Of a stretch of DNA of 64,000 bases, positions 47,312 to 56,321 are shown one piece after another. The stretch is taken from contig CAVZJB010000016.1 of assembly GCA_963775425.1 (NCBI GenBank), positions 928,001-992,000 of the forward strand, given 5' to 3'. Origin of the DNA: an uncultured delta proteobacterium (GTDB taxonomy: Bacteria; Myxococcota; UBA727; VGSZ01). The notes below the pieces were generated by a model, which was not told the origin of the DNA, did not search any database, and was given only the letters and a program-made list of their open reading frames with translations. Numbering within the stretch: position 1 is the first letter of the stretch; the number at the start of each line of letters is the position of its first letter. The position numbers were made by a program, and so were the translations under genes.

Positions 47312-47806
47312 ATGGCGCTCGTGATCGGACCGTCACCGTTCTTCCTGTCGTATCAGGCCATCCCGCGGGGCGTTCCGGCCAGCGTCGCGGTCGACCGCAT
47401 CGCCGCCAGCCTCTCCGGCGCCGTCGACCTCCACGGCCACGCCGCCGGGGCGGGCCTCGCCCACCTGTTCGTCCGGCGGCACCCCCGCCTGGTCCGCCGC
47501 CTCGCCCTGTCCCGCTTCGGGCTGTACACCCGCGCCCACCTGCTGCGCGCCCGGCTGCGCGCCATCGTGGACGAGGACGCCGCCGTCCTCGTGGACCTGT
47601 TCGCCTGGGAGAGGGAGTACGGCATGCGGGACCCCGTCTTCATGCCGGGCCGGGTGCTGTTGCTCCTCGACGACGAGACCACCCAGCTCGAGCGCGAGCA
47701 CCTGGTGGCCACCTATCCGGGAGCCCGCCTGACGTGGGACCCGTTCGACGTGGCGGCCTTCCTCAGCGACGCGACTGCCGTTGTCAGCGCCGGGGAACCT
47801 CGCTAA
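47312..47806 (+). CDS. Hypothetical protein, possibly a degenerate alpha/beta-hydrolase fragment
   Basis: VDLHGHAAGAGLAHLFVRRHPRLVRRLAL resembles a nucleophile elbow that lacks Ser. Confidence 0.55.
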   Translation: MALVIGPSPFFLSYQAIPRGVPASVAVDRIAASLSGAVDLHGHAAGAGLAHLFVRRHPRLVRRLALSRFGLYTRAHLLRARLRAIVDEDAAVLVDLFAWEREYGMRDPVFMPGRVLLLLDDETTQLEREHLVATYPGARLTWDPFDVAAFLSDATAVVSAGEPR

Positions 47807-47814
47807 GCGACCGC

Positions 47815-49380
47815 ATGCTTCAGGTCTTCCGCAACAACGCCAACAACTGGTTCATGGTGTTGATCTTCGCGCTCATCACCTTCGTCTTCGTCTTCACGTT
47901 CGGATCGTGGGGCGGAGGCAACGTGTCGGGCTCCATCCCCATCGCAGCCACGGTGAACGGGAGCGTCATCTCCAAGTCGATGTTCCACGTGCAGTACAGC
48001 CAGGCGTTCCAGACCATGCAGGCGTACCGCCCGGGCTTCACCTCGGAGAAGGCGCGCGAAGAGCACCTGGACGACACCGTGCTCGACCGCCTCATCACGC
48101 GGGAGCTGTTGGCGCAGGCGGCGGAGAACCGCGGCATCGTCGTCAGCGACGACGAGGTGGCCAAGGTCATCCAGGCGAAGTTCTTCCCCAACAAGGACTT
48201 CAACCCCGAGGAGTACAAGCGCATCGTCAACGGCATCTACAACAGCACGGAGACGCGCTTCGAAGACCAGGTCCGGCGCGACATCCTCGCGGCGCGCATG
48301 GAGAACATCCTCGGGGACTCGCAGCACGTGTCGGAGAGCGAGATCAAGGAGCAGTTCGAGAGCAAGAACAACCGCGCCGACATCGAGATCCTCAAGATCG
48401 ACCCCCTCTTCTACAAGGGAGCGGCCAAGGCCCCCACCGACGCCGAGGCCGCGGCGTGGGCGGCCGCGCACCACGACGAGGTCCAGAAGTTCTACGACGA
48501 GCACATGAACCGCTATCACCAGCCCAAGAAGGTGAACGCGCGGCACATCCTCGTGAAGGTCGCCGAGGACGCCTCCGACGACGACAAGAAGAAGGCGCAC
48601 GACAAGATTGAAGCCGCCAAGAAGCGCGTCGACGCCGGTGAGGACTTCGCCAAGGTGGCCACGGAGGTGAGCGAGGACAGCTCGGCCAAGCAGGGCGGCT
48701 CGCTCGGCTTCTTCGGCCCCGGCGCCATGGTCAAGCCGTTCGAGGACGCCGCGTTCGCGCTCAAGAAGGGCGAGGTCTCGGACATCGTCGAGACGCGCTT
48801 CGGCTACCACATCATCAAGGTCGAGGACATCCAGGAGCCCGTCACCAAGGAGCTCAAGGACGTCGAGGGCGAGATCGCCAAGCAGCTCATGAAGGACGAG
48901 GCCCAGATGGCGGAGGCGAGGAAGGTCGCGGACGCGGCCCTCGCCGACATCAAGAAGGGCACGCCCTTCGACGAGGTCAAGGTCCCCGGCCTCATCAACA
49001 TGAACAGCGACACGCCGCCCCCCGCGCCCAAGGACGGCGACGCCTACGCGCCGCGCCTCGACAGCACCGGCTTCTTCGCGCAGGGCGCGCGCGTGGTGCC
49101 CAAGGTCGGCGTGGCGCCGGAGATCGTGAAGATCGCGTTCTCGCTCACCAAGGACAAGCCCCTGTACGACAAGGTCGTCGAGGTGAACAAGCGCCTGTTC
49201 CTCGTGAAGCTCAAGGACCGTGAGATCCCCGACGACGCGAAGCTCGCCACCGAGCGCGACACCATCGAGCAGCAGCTCCTCACGGGGCGCCGCGCCGCCG
49301 TCGTCGAGCAGTTCACCAAGACGCTGCGCGACCGCGCCAAGATCACCAAGAGCGAGCACGTCCTCGACGAGCGCGGCTGA
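47815..49380 (+). CDS. ppiD: PpiD/SurA-like periplasmic chaperone with a parvulin PPIase domain
   Basis: N-terminal TM, ATVNG, ARHILVK, DFAKVA...SED..SAKQGGSLGFF...MVKPFEDAAF...ETRFGYHIIKV. Confidence 0.88.
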   Translation: MLQVFRNNANNWFMVLIFALITFVFVFTFGSWGGGNVSGSIPIAATVNGSVISKSMFHVQYSQAFQTMQAYRPGFTSEKAREEHLDDTVLDRLITRELLAQAAENRGIVVSDDEVAKVIQAKFFPNKDFNPEEYKRIVNGIYNSTETRFEDQVRRDILAARMENILGDSQHVSESEIKEQFESKNNRADIEILKIDPLFYKGAAKAPTDAEAAAWAAAHHDEVQKFYDEHMNRYHQPKKVNARHILVKVAEDASDDDKKKAHDKIEAAKKRVDAGEDFAKVATEVSEDSSAKQGGSLGFFGPGAMVKPFEDAAFALKKGEVSDIVETRFGYHIIKVEDIQEPVTKELKDVEGEIAKQLMKDEAQMAEARKVADAALADIKKGTPFDEVKVPGLINMNSDTPPPAPKDGDAYAPRLDSTGFFAQGARVVPKVGVAPEIVKIAFSLTKDKPLYDKVVEVNKRLFLVKLKDREIPDDAKLATERDTIEQQLLTGRRAAVVEQFTKTLRDRAKITKSEHVLDERG

Positions 49381-49955
49381 TGCTTCGGCCCGCTCCCGGT
49401 GGTGCGGCGGCGTGTCCGCCGCTCATCGCGCTCGCGGCCGTCTGCGCGCTCGGCGCCTGCGACGAGGACGCCGCCAGGTTCGGCGCACCTTGCCGTGGCG
49501 ACCGCGACTGCAACGCGGCCTCCTACTGTGTGGCCGGCTGCGGTGAGCAGGCCGCCCGCTGCGTCCCCTACGGCGCCGACGAAGACCGCGCCAGCTACCG
49601 CCCCGTCGAGTGTTGCGCCGGCGCGCTCTACTACACGGGCATGGTGAGCGACGCCTACAAGGCCCGCCTCAAGGACGCCGTCGCGAGCCCCGTGGTGCGC
49701 GACGCCGCGCGCCGCTTCCCGCAGCCGCTCGTCTCCGCCGTCGCCGCCGATCAGGCGCAACAATGCCTGGTGTGCGACGGCCGGCTGAGCGTCGCCCCCA
49801 TGGGCGCCCGCTGCGCGCCGCCCGCCGCGCTCGCCCCGCTCGACGCCGGCGTCGTCGACGTCGTCGACGGCGGCGCGGCCGGGATCGACGGCGGCGCCGG
49901 CGCGCCCGCGCCCGCGGCCACGGCGGTCATAGAAGCGGACGGAGGGGTGCTGTGA
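49380..49955 (+). CDS. Cys-containing lipoprotein of unknown function
   Basis: ALGAC lipobox; start and stop overlap both neighbouring genes. Confidence 0.6.
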   Translation: MLRPAPGGAAACPPLIALAAVCALGACDEDAARFGAPCRGDRDCNAASYCVAGCGEQAARCVPYGADEDRASYRPVECCAGALYYTGMVSDAYKARLKDAVASPVVRDAARRFPQPLVSAVAADQAQQCLVCDGRLSVAPMGARCAPPAALAPLDAGVVDVVDGGAAGIDGGAGAPAPAATAVIEADGGVL

Positions 49956-50212
49956 GCCTGCGCGAAACCATCGAGAGCAAGCTGCGCGCGGCGCTCGCGC
50001 CCACGTCCCTCGAGATCCAGGACGACTCCCATGAGCACGCCGGCCACGGCGCGTCCGGCGCCCACGTTCGCGTCGTCATCACCAGCGCGGCGTTCGCGGG
50101 CAAGAACGCCCTGCAACGCCACCGCCTGGTGAACGACGCGCTCAAGGCCGAGCTCGGCTCGGGTGCGGTGCACGCGCTCCAGATCAGCGCGAAGGCGCCC
50201 GGCGAGGGATGA
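49952..50212 (+). CDS. bolA: BolA family protein
   Basis: DDSHEHAGH, ITSAAFAGK..LQRHRLVN.AL and VHALQI. Confidence 0.92.
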   Translation: MSLRETIESKLRAALAPTSLEIQDDSHEHAGHGASGAHVRVVITSAAFAGKNALQRHRLVNDALKAELGSGAVHALQISAKAPGEG

Positions 50213-51231
50213 CCGTCGAGCGCGCGGCCATCACCGGCGCCTCCGGGCTCGTCGGCGGCAACCTCGCGGCGCTCCTCCTCGAGGAAGGCGTCCGCGTCCG
50301 CGCCACGCGCCGGGCCACGAGCAAGACCGCGCACCTCGACGACCTCGACATCGAGTGGGTCGAGGCGTCGCTCGAGGACCAAGACGGCCTCGCGCGCGCG
50401 TTCGACGACGCCGACGTCGTCTTTCACTGCGCGGCCGTGCCGACGCAGACCAGGAACAGCGACGGCCTGCACCGCCGCGCCAACGTCGACGGCACCGTTC
50501 ACGTCGTCGACGCCGTGAAGCGCGCCGGCGCAGGCCGCCTCGTCCACTGCTCGAGCGTGGTGACCTGCGCCATCGCCGCCCCGGGTGGCCCCGACGTCGG
50601 CGAGGACGCCCCGTGGAACTTCGCGGAGCACGGGCTCGCCGAGGCGTACTCCGAGAGCAAGCGCGAGGCGGAGTCCTTCGTGCGCGGGGCCACGTCGCCG
50701 GCGGCCGGTGGCGTCGACGCGGTCATCGTCAACCCCGGCACCATGTTCGGCCCCCGAGACGCCAAGCCCTCCACCGGCAGGCTCATCCTCGCCGTCGCCG
50801 AGGGCCGGGTGCTCGCCGCGCCTTCCGGGACCAGCAACTTCGTCGACGTGCGCGACGTGTGCCGCGGCATGATCGCGGCGTGGCGCAAGGGAAAGACCGG
50901 GGAGCGCTACATCCTCGGCGGCGTCAACCTCTCCTACATCGAGGCCTTCGGCGTCATCGCCCGCGCGCTCGGGAACAAGCCGCCCCGGTTCGTCCTGCCC
51001 GACGGCCTGCTGGGCCTCGCGGGCAAGCTCGGCGACGTCGTGGAGCGCGTCCGGCACCGCGAGGTGGACCTCAATTCCGCGGTGACGGCGTACGCGGTGT
51101 GCAAGGGCTACCGCTTCTCCTCGGACAAGGCCGTGCGCGAGCTCGGCTACACCGTCTCGCCGCTCGAGGACGCCGTGCGCGATGAAATTGCCTGGCTGAA
51201 GGAGCACGGCATGCTCGCGGAGAAAGGGTAA
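50209..51231 (+). CDS. NAD-dependent epimerase/dehydratase (dihydroflavonol-reductase/HpnA-like)
   Basis: TGASGLVG, VFHCAA, HCSS, YSESK and FVDVRDV. Confidence 0.9.
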   Translation: MTVERAAITGASGLVGGNLAALLLEEGVRVRATRRATSKTAHLDDLDIEWVEASLEDQDGLARAFDDADVVFHCAAVPTQTRNSDGLHRRANVDGTVHVVDAVKRAGAGRLVHCSSVVTCAIAAPGGPDVGEDAPWNFAEHGLAEAYSESKREAESFVRGATSPAAGGVDAVIVNPGTMFGPRDAKPSTGRLILAVAEGRVLAAPSGTSNFVDVRDVCRGMIAAWRKGKTGERYILGGVNLSYIEAFGVIARALGNKPPRFVLPDGLLGLAGKLGDVVERVRHREVDLNSAVTAYAVCKGYRFSSDKAVRELGYTVSPLEDAVRDEIAWLKEHGMLAEKG

Positions 51232-51240
51232 AACGCGTCC

Positions 51241-53793
51241 ATGGCGGAGACCCCGGCACCCGATGCGCTCTCCCCGCTCGAGCGGGGCATCGTCGACGAC
51301 GAGGTCGGCATGGCCGCGCGTGTCGCGCGCCGCATCGCCCGCTCGCTCGCGGAGCAGAGCGCGGCGGAGCGCACCGCGCCGTCCGCCGTCCGCGTGCGCC
51401 ACGACGAGGAGCTCAAGCTCCTGCGCGATCAGATCGCCGAGGCGCGCAACGAGGACGTCGCCGCGCTCCTCGCGGCCATGATCCACACCGCGGGCGTGGC
51501 GCGCATCGACACCCCCAAGGCCGCCGGCAACGTCGACCCCGAAACGCCCTACTTCGGCCACATGCGGCTCGACGAGAGCGGCCGCAGCCGCGACGTCCTC
51601 ATCGGCAAGCGCGGGATGATCGACCGCGAGGCCGGCGTCGTCATCGTCGATTGGCGCGACGCGCCGGTGAGCCGTCTGTACTACCGCTACGACGAGGGCG
51701 ACGAATACGAGGAAGAGCTCGGCGACAAGGTGCGCGAGGGAAAGGTGCTCGTGCGCCGCACCGTGAGCTTCGTGAACGGCAAGCTCACCCGTGTTCGCTG
51801 CCCGGCGGGCACCTTCGTGCGCGCGGGCGGCGACGCCTGGCGCGCGTTGCAGGCGCGGGCGATCCCGGAGCTCCGCGGCGGCCTCGGCAAGGCGGAGCGG
51901 GCGCCCGCGCCGGCGCGTCCGTCGCCGGCGGCGCGCGGGAGGCTCGGCCTCGGGGACGCGCACCTGCGCCCGGACAAGCACCTCCCGGAGATCGCGGCGT
52001 TGATCGACGCCGCGCAGTTCGACGCCATGACCCAGGCGGACAGCGGCCTCGTCATCCTGCAGGGCGGCGCGGGCAGCGGGAAGACCACGGTGGCCCTCCA
52101 CCGCGTGGCCTACCTCGCCTACGGCGACGACGACGACGGCCCCGGACGGGGGCGCGCGATCCGTCCGGCCCACACCATCGTCGTCGTCGCGCAGCCGCAG
52201 CTCGCGCGCTACGTCGAGCGCCTCCTGCCGTCCCTCGACGTCGCCGGCGTGCGGGTCTTCGCCTATCGCGACTGGGCACGCATGGCCGTCGAGAGGCTCT
52301 TCTCCACGCCCGCCGCCGCCGGGGGCGCAGGCGGCGGCGCCCGCCGCCGACGCAGGAAGGGCGCCCGCGCCGGCGACGGCGGCGGCGGGTCCGGGAGGTC
52401 GCGCGTGCTGGGCCGGCGGCTCGTCGAGGATCCCCCGCCCGACGTGAGCCGCACCAAGAAGCACCCCGGCGTCCTCGCCGCGGTGCGCGAGCAGTGGCGC
52501 CGGCGCTTCGACGCCTTCGCGCGCGCGCTCGAGGACGCCGTCCGCGACCGCCCCGGCGCCGCAGCCATCCTCGCCGCCTTCGCCGAGCCGTACGGCGCGA
52601 GCGCGGCGGCGGCCGCGCCGGGCGCAACGACGGTGCGCGTGCGCGCCTTCCTCGACGCCGTCGCCGACCTCGCCCGCGGCGGCGCGCAGCGCGTCCCGCC
52701 CGACACGCTCGAGCGCGTGCGCCGCGTGACGGACCCGTTCCTCGCCGCGGCCGACGACGTCGTCGCCGACTGGGAGGAGCTCATCACCGATCGCGATCTC
52801 CTCTCGCTCACCGGCCTCGACGAACAGACGCTCGACGCCACCCTCCGCTACACCAAGCGCCAGGTGGAGGAGCCGCCCGACGACAGCGACATCGACGAGG
52901 AGCGCAAGGCGCCCATCGACGCCGCCGGGCTCGACCCCGACGACCCGCTGCAGGCCTTCGACGAGCACGACCTGCCCCTCCTGCTGGCGATGTGGATCGA
53001 GCGCACCGGCGGCCTCGCCGCCGCCGCCGGCACCGCGGAGCTCACGTACGACCACGTCGTCGTCGACGAGGCGCAGGACCTCGCGGCGATCGAGCTCGCG
53101 CCCCTCGTCGTCGCCACCGGCGCCCGCCGCAGCGTCACGCTGGCCGGCGACGTCGTGCAGAAGGTGGTGTTCGACGCCGGCTACGACGACTGGCCCGAGC
53201 TCGAGGCCCAGCTCTCGCCCTACCTGCTCGGCCGCAACGCCCTCTCCGTCGAGCCCTTTCGCCTGTCGTACCGCTCCACGGCGGAGGTGGTGGCGTTCGC
53301 GCGCGCGGTGCTCGGCCCGCTCGCGCCCAAGGAGGCCCCGCGCGCGGTGAGGAACGGCGCGCCCATCGAGGCCTTCTCCTTCGCCGACACCGGCGAGGAG
53401 ATCGCCTTCCTCGCCGAGAGCCTGCGCTCGTTGATGGCGCGGGAGCCGCAGGCGAGCGTGGCGCTGTTGTGCCGCTACCCCGAGCGCGCGCGCTTCTACG
53501 CCAACATGCTGCAGAAGGCCGAGGTGCCGCGGCTGCGCTGTGTCCTCGGGCGCGACGACTTCACGTTCTCGCCGGGCATCGACGTCGGGCCCGTCGCGCG
53601 CATGAAGGGCCTCGAGTACGACTACGTCATCCTCGCCGAGGTCACCGAGGCGATGTACCCCGACCAGGTGGCCGCCCGGCACCTGCTGCACATCGGCGCG
53701 ACGCGGGCCGCGCACCAGCTCTGGATCACCACGTCCATCGCGTCGCCGTCCCCGCTGTTGCCGCCGGCCCTTCTCGTGGACAGCGCGCTATAA
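51241..53793 (+). CDS. HelD-like SF1 ATPase (RNA polymerase recycling family)
   Basis: PYFGHMRL, VDWRDAPVSRLYY, QGGAGSGKTTVALHRVAYL, VVDEAQD, SYRST, KGLEYD and TRA. Confidence 0.85.
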   Translation: MAETPAPDALSPLERGIVDDEVGMAARVARRIARSLAEQSAAERTAPSAVRVRHDEELKLLRDQIAEARNEDVAALLAAMIHTAGVARIDTPKAAGNVDPETPYFGHMRLDESGRSRDVLIGKRGMIDREAGVVIVDWRDAPVSRLYYRYDEGDEYEEELGDKVREGKVLVRRTVSFVNGKLTRVRCPAGTFVRAGGDAWRALQARAIPELRGGLGKAERAPAPARPSPAARGRLGLGDAHLRPDKHLPEIAALIDAAQFDAMTQADSGLVILQGGAGSGKTTVALHRVAYLAYGDDDDGPGRGRAIRPAHTIVVVAQPQLARYVERLLPSLDVAGVRVFAYRDWARMAVERLFSTPAAAGGAGGGARRRRRKGARAGDGGGGSGRSRVLGRRLVEDPPPDVSRTKKHPGVLAAVREQWRRRFDAFARALEDAVRDRPGAAAILAAFAEPYGASAAAAAPGATTVRVRAFLDAVADLARGGAQRVPPDTLERVRRVTDPFLAAADDVVADWEELITDRDLLSLTGLDEQTLDATLRYTKRQVEEPPDDSDIDEERKAPIDAAGLDPDDPLQAFDEHDLPLLLAMWIERTGGLAAAAGTAELTYDHVVVDEAQDLAAIELAPLVVATGARRSVTLAGDVVQKVVFDAGYDDWPELEAQLSPYLLGRNALSVEPFRLSYRSTAEVVAFARAVLGPLAPKEAPRAVRNGAPIEAFSFADTGEEIAFLAESLRSLMAREPQASVALLCRYPERARFYANMLQKAEVPRLRCVLGRDDFTFSPGIDVGPVARMKGLEYDYVILAEVTEAMYPDQVAARHLLHIGATRAAHQLWITTSIASPSPLLPPALLVDSAL

Positions 53794-53801
53794 GCGCGGG
53801 C

Positions 53802-54272
53802 ATGAACGCACACGACTTCACGCTCAAGACCATCGACGGCAAGGACAAGAAGCTCGACGCGTACGCCGGCAAGGCCATGCTCGTCGTCAACGTCGCCAGC
53901 CAGTGCGGCCTCACCCCGCAGTACGAGGGCCTCGAGGCGCTTCACAAGGAGATGGCCCAAAAGGGGCTCGCGGTGCTCGGGGTGCCCTGCAACCAGTTCG
54001 GCGCGCAGGAGCCCGGGACGGAGAAGGAGATCGCCACCTTCTGCAGCACGAGCTACGGCGTCACGTTCGACATGTTCTCCAAGGTCGACGTGAACGGCGC
54101 GGGCGCGCACCCGCTGTACAAGTGGCTGACGGCCGACGGCGACAAGCCCATCGAGTGGAACTTCGGCAAGTTCCTCATCGGCAAGGACGGCGCCGTCGTC
54201 GCCCGCTTCGACCCGAAGGTGCCCCCGACGGACCCGGCGCTGCGGCAGGCCATCGAGCGCGCCCTCGGCTGA
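53802..54272 (+). CDS. Glutathione peroxidase (Cys type)
   Basis: VNVASQCGLTPQY, PCNQFGAQEPG, KVDVNG and WNFGKFL. Confidence 0.95.
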   Translation: MNAHDFTLKTIDGKDKKLDAYAGKAMLVVNVASQCGLTPQYEGLEALHKEMAQKGLAVLGVPCNQFGAQEPGTEKEIATFCSTSYGVTFDMFSKVDVNGAGAHPLYKWLTADGDKPIEWNFGKFLIGKDGAVVARFDPKVPPTDPALRQAIERALG

Positions 54273-54311
54273 CGGGGCGCCGGCCCGCGCGCGTGCCGCG
54301 TGGCGCGCGTC

Positions 54312-55241
54312 TCAGCGAGACCCTGCGTGGGCGCTCGTGACGTAGTCCGAGAGCGCGAGGACGAGATCCTTGCCGTCGTTGTGGGCGCGGGCGAAGCGGT
54401 AGTCGGAGCGGCCGCCCTCGAAGCCGTCGACGCGCTCGAGGTCGAGCGACTCGTCGAAGGTGGCGGCGATGAGCCACGCGCCGCCCTGCGGATCGGGCTC
54501 GAACAACGCGCCCACCGGCGCCCGCTCCTCGGCGTTCACGAGGAGGTTCCTGCGCGTGCGGTTGTCGGGCTTGTGATCGAGCCGCACGACGAACACGCCC
54601 GGCGCCTCGAGCGCGCCGTGCTTCGCCGCGACGTCGCGCGCCTCCACCTCCGCCGCGCGCGCCGCCTTGGCGAGCGTGTCGATCTCGTCGTCGAGGGCCG
54701 GATCGTCCACGCCCGAGACCAGCGTCTGCGCGAGCGCAGTCATGAAGCGCATCTGGCCGGAGCGGTCGTAGCGCGCGCTGGCCTCGTCGACGGCCGCGGC
54801 GTAGCGGGCGCCGCGCTCGCTGAGCGCGTGGCCGCGGCCGGGGCTGTCGACGGCGCGCGCGTCCTCGTCGGCGCCGGCCCAGGGCTCCTTGCCGTCGCGC
54901 AGGAACTTCACGGCGGCGATGCAGCCGTCGAAGTCGCAGTGGGCGACGACGTCGTCGACCTTGCCCGCCGCCGCCACCACCTCAGGCGTGACGAGCTCGG
55001 GACACGCGTGGGCGATCTTGTTGGGCACGAGGAGGAAGCGCGGGTCGCCCTTGTAGTGGGCCCACGCCTCCTTGTGCTCGTGATGATCGATGAAGCGCAC
55101 CAGGCGATCGCCGAGCGCCTCGACGAACGGGCGCGTCTTCGACTTCCACTGCCCGCCGGCGGCGAACGCGACGTCGAGCATCACGACGCGCCCCGCGGGC
55201 ACCTTGGGCAGATGGCGCGGGTGGGTGCACCAGACGATCAC
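54312..55241 (-). CDS. DHH-like phosphoesterase with permuted motif order
   Basis: MLDVAF, FIDHH, then AHCDFDG and DARAVD. Confidence 0.65.
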   Translation of the reverse strand: MIVWCTHPRHLPKVPAGRVVMLDVAFAAGGQWKSKTRPFVEALGDRLVRFIDHHEHKEAWAHYKGDPRFLLVPNKIAHACPELVTPEVVAAAGKVDDVVAHCDFDGCIAAVKFLRDGKEPWAGADEDARAVDSPGRGHALSERGARYAAAVDEASARYDRSGQMRFMTALAQTLVSGVDDPALDDEIDTLAKAARAAEVEARDVAAKHGALEAPGVFVVRLDHKPDNRTRRNLLVNAEERAPVGALFEPDPQGGAWLIAATFDESLDLERVDGFEGGRSDYRFARAHNDGKDLVLALSDYVTSAHAGSR

Positions 55242-55296
55242 GAAGACACCCTACGAACTCTCCTCGCGCGCTCGATCGTCGACCGAAGGAAGCGCT

Positions 55297-56025
55297 TCAC
55301 TCGAGCGTGCCGCGCAGCGGCGCGAGCGCGGCGCCCACGGGGATCTCGGGCCAGCGCTCATCGACGGGGTGCAGGAACGCGAGCGCGAACGCGCCCGCGC
55401 GCGGGCGGTCGTCGTCGACGACGCGCGCCGTGCGCCGCCACCACTCGCCCTGCGCGGCGAGGGCCTCGGCGTTTTCTTCGATGTCGATGCCCGCCTGCGA
55501 CAGCAGCGTGGCGACGCGCGCGGTGGTGGACTCCTCGTCGAGGCACCACAGCTCGAAGTGCGTCCGCCCGCTCTTCCACGCGGCGTCGGCCTCGCGGTCG
55601 ATGGCGTTTTCGACGGTGCGGCGCACGCGGGCCTCCTCGAACGAGGCGACCACCGGCTCCACGGCGACGCCGGTGTCGAGGCGGGCCTCGCGCGCGGCGT
55701 CGGTGGCGGGGGGCACCGCGTCGACGCCGACGGCGCAGAACAAGCCGATGGCCTCCTCGCCGTCCTCGTCCCGGCGGCGCACCGCGTACAGGGCCGGCTG
55801 GTCGTCGCGGATGAGCACGCCCGCGCGGCGCCACTCCGCGAGCTTCAGCTTGGCCCGGCGCGCCGGTGCGTCCTTGCCGTCGCCGGGGCCAGGGGCGTCG
55901 TCGAGGAGGGCGCGCACATGGCGGGGATCGCGCGCCGCCGCGCCGGGGGCGCCCACCACGGCGCCGAGCTCCACCCGGGCGGGATCGAAGCGGAGTCCGC
56001 GGAAGGCCCTGACGGTGGCACGCAT
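55297..56025 (-). CDS. DUF1015-like protein (short)
   Basis: VRAFRGLRFD...V..P and W...GVL.RD..PALY N-terminal pattern. Confidence 0.6.
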   Translation of the reverse strand: MRATVRAFRGLRFDPARVELGAVVGAPGAAARDPRHVRALLDDAPGPGDGKDAPARRAKLKLAEWRRAGVLIRDDQPALYAVRRRDEDGEEAIGLFCAVGVDAVPPATDAAREARLDTGVAVEPVVASFEEARVRRTVENAIDREADAAWKSGRTHFELWCLDEESTTARVATLLSQAGIDIEENAEALAAQGEWWRRTARVVDDDRPRAGAFALAFLHPVDERWPEIPVGAALAPLRGTLE

Positions 56026-56051
56026 CGCGTGGTGATACCGCGAGAGAGCGC

Positions 56052-56089
56052 CCAGACGCGAACACCAGACGCGAACACCAGACGCGAAC
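56052..56089. repeat. 13-bp direct repeat, three copies (CCAGACGCGAACA), in a divergent intergenic region
   Basis: Directly visible; the third copy is 12 of 13 nt. Confidence 0.85.
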
Positions 56090-56321
56090 GACCCGAGGGC
56101 AAACACGGACGGATGGGAGACACCTCGAGCCTTTCGGGGTGTCGTTTCAGGTATCGGTCGAGCGACGTGGGGAGTTGCTCCCGATCCGCGAAGCGGCGCG
56201 TTTTCCCGGAGGGTCGGGGGAAGCGTCGACGCAACAGACACTTACGACGACGCGACGCCGGGCACGGGACTGCGGTGAGCCAGCCGCCGAAATTGAGCGT
56301 ACGCTTGATGGAAGCCCCGCC

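Noticed and set aside
49927-53715. Very long antisense or alternate-frame ORFs (e.g. 49927-53715, 27374-30967, 10519-13437, 16146-19130)
   Set aside because: These are shadow ORFs produced by high GC3 opposite clearly identifiable genes; they have no motifs and Arg/Ala/Gly-biased composition.
53802-54272. Possible selenocysteine glutathione peroxidase
   Set aside because: The active-site codon is TGC (Cys) and the frame has no internal TGA.
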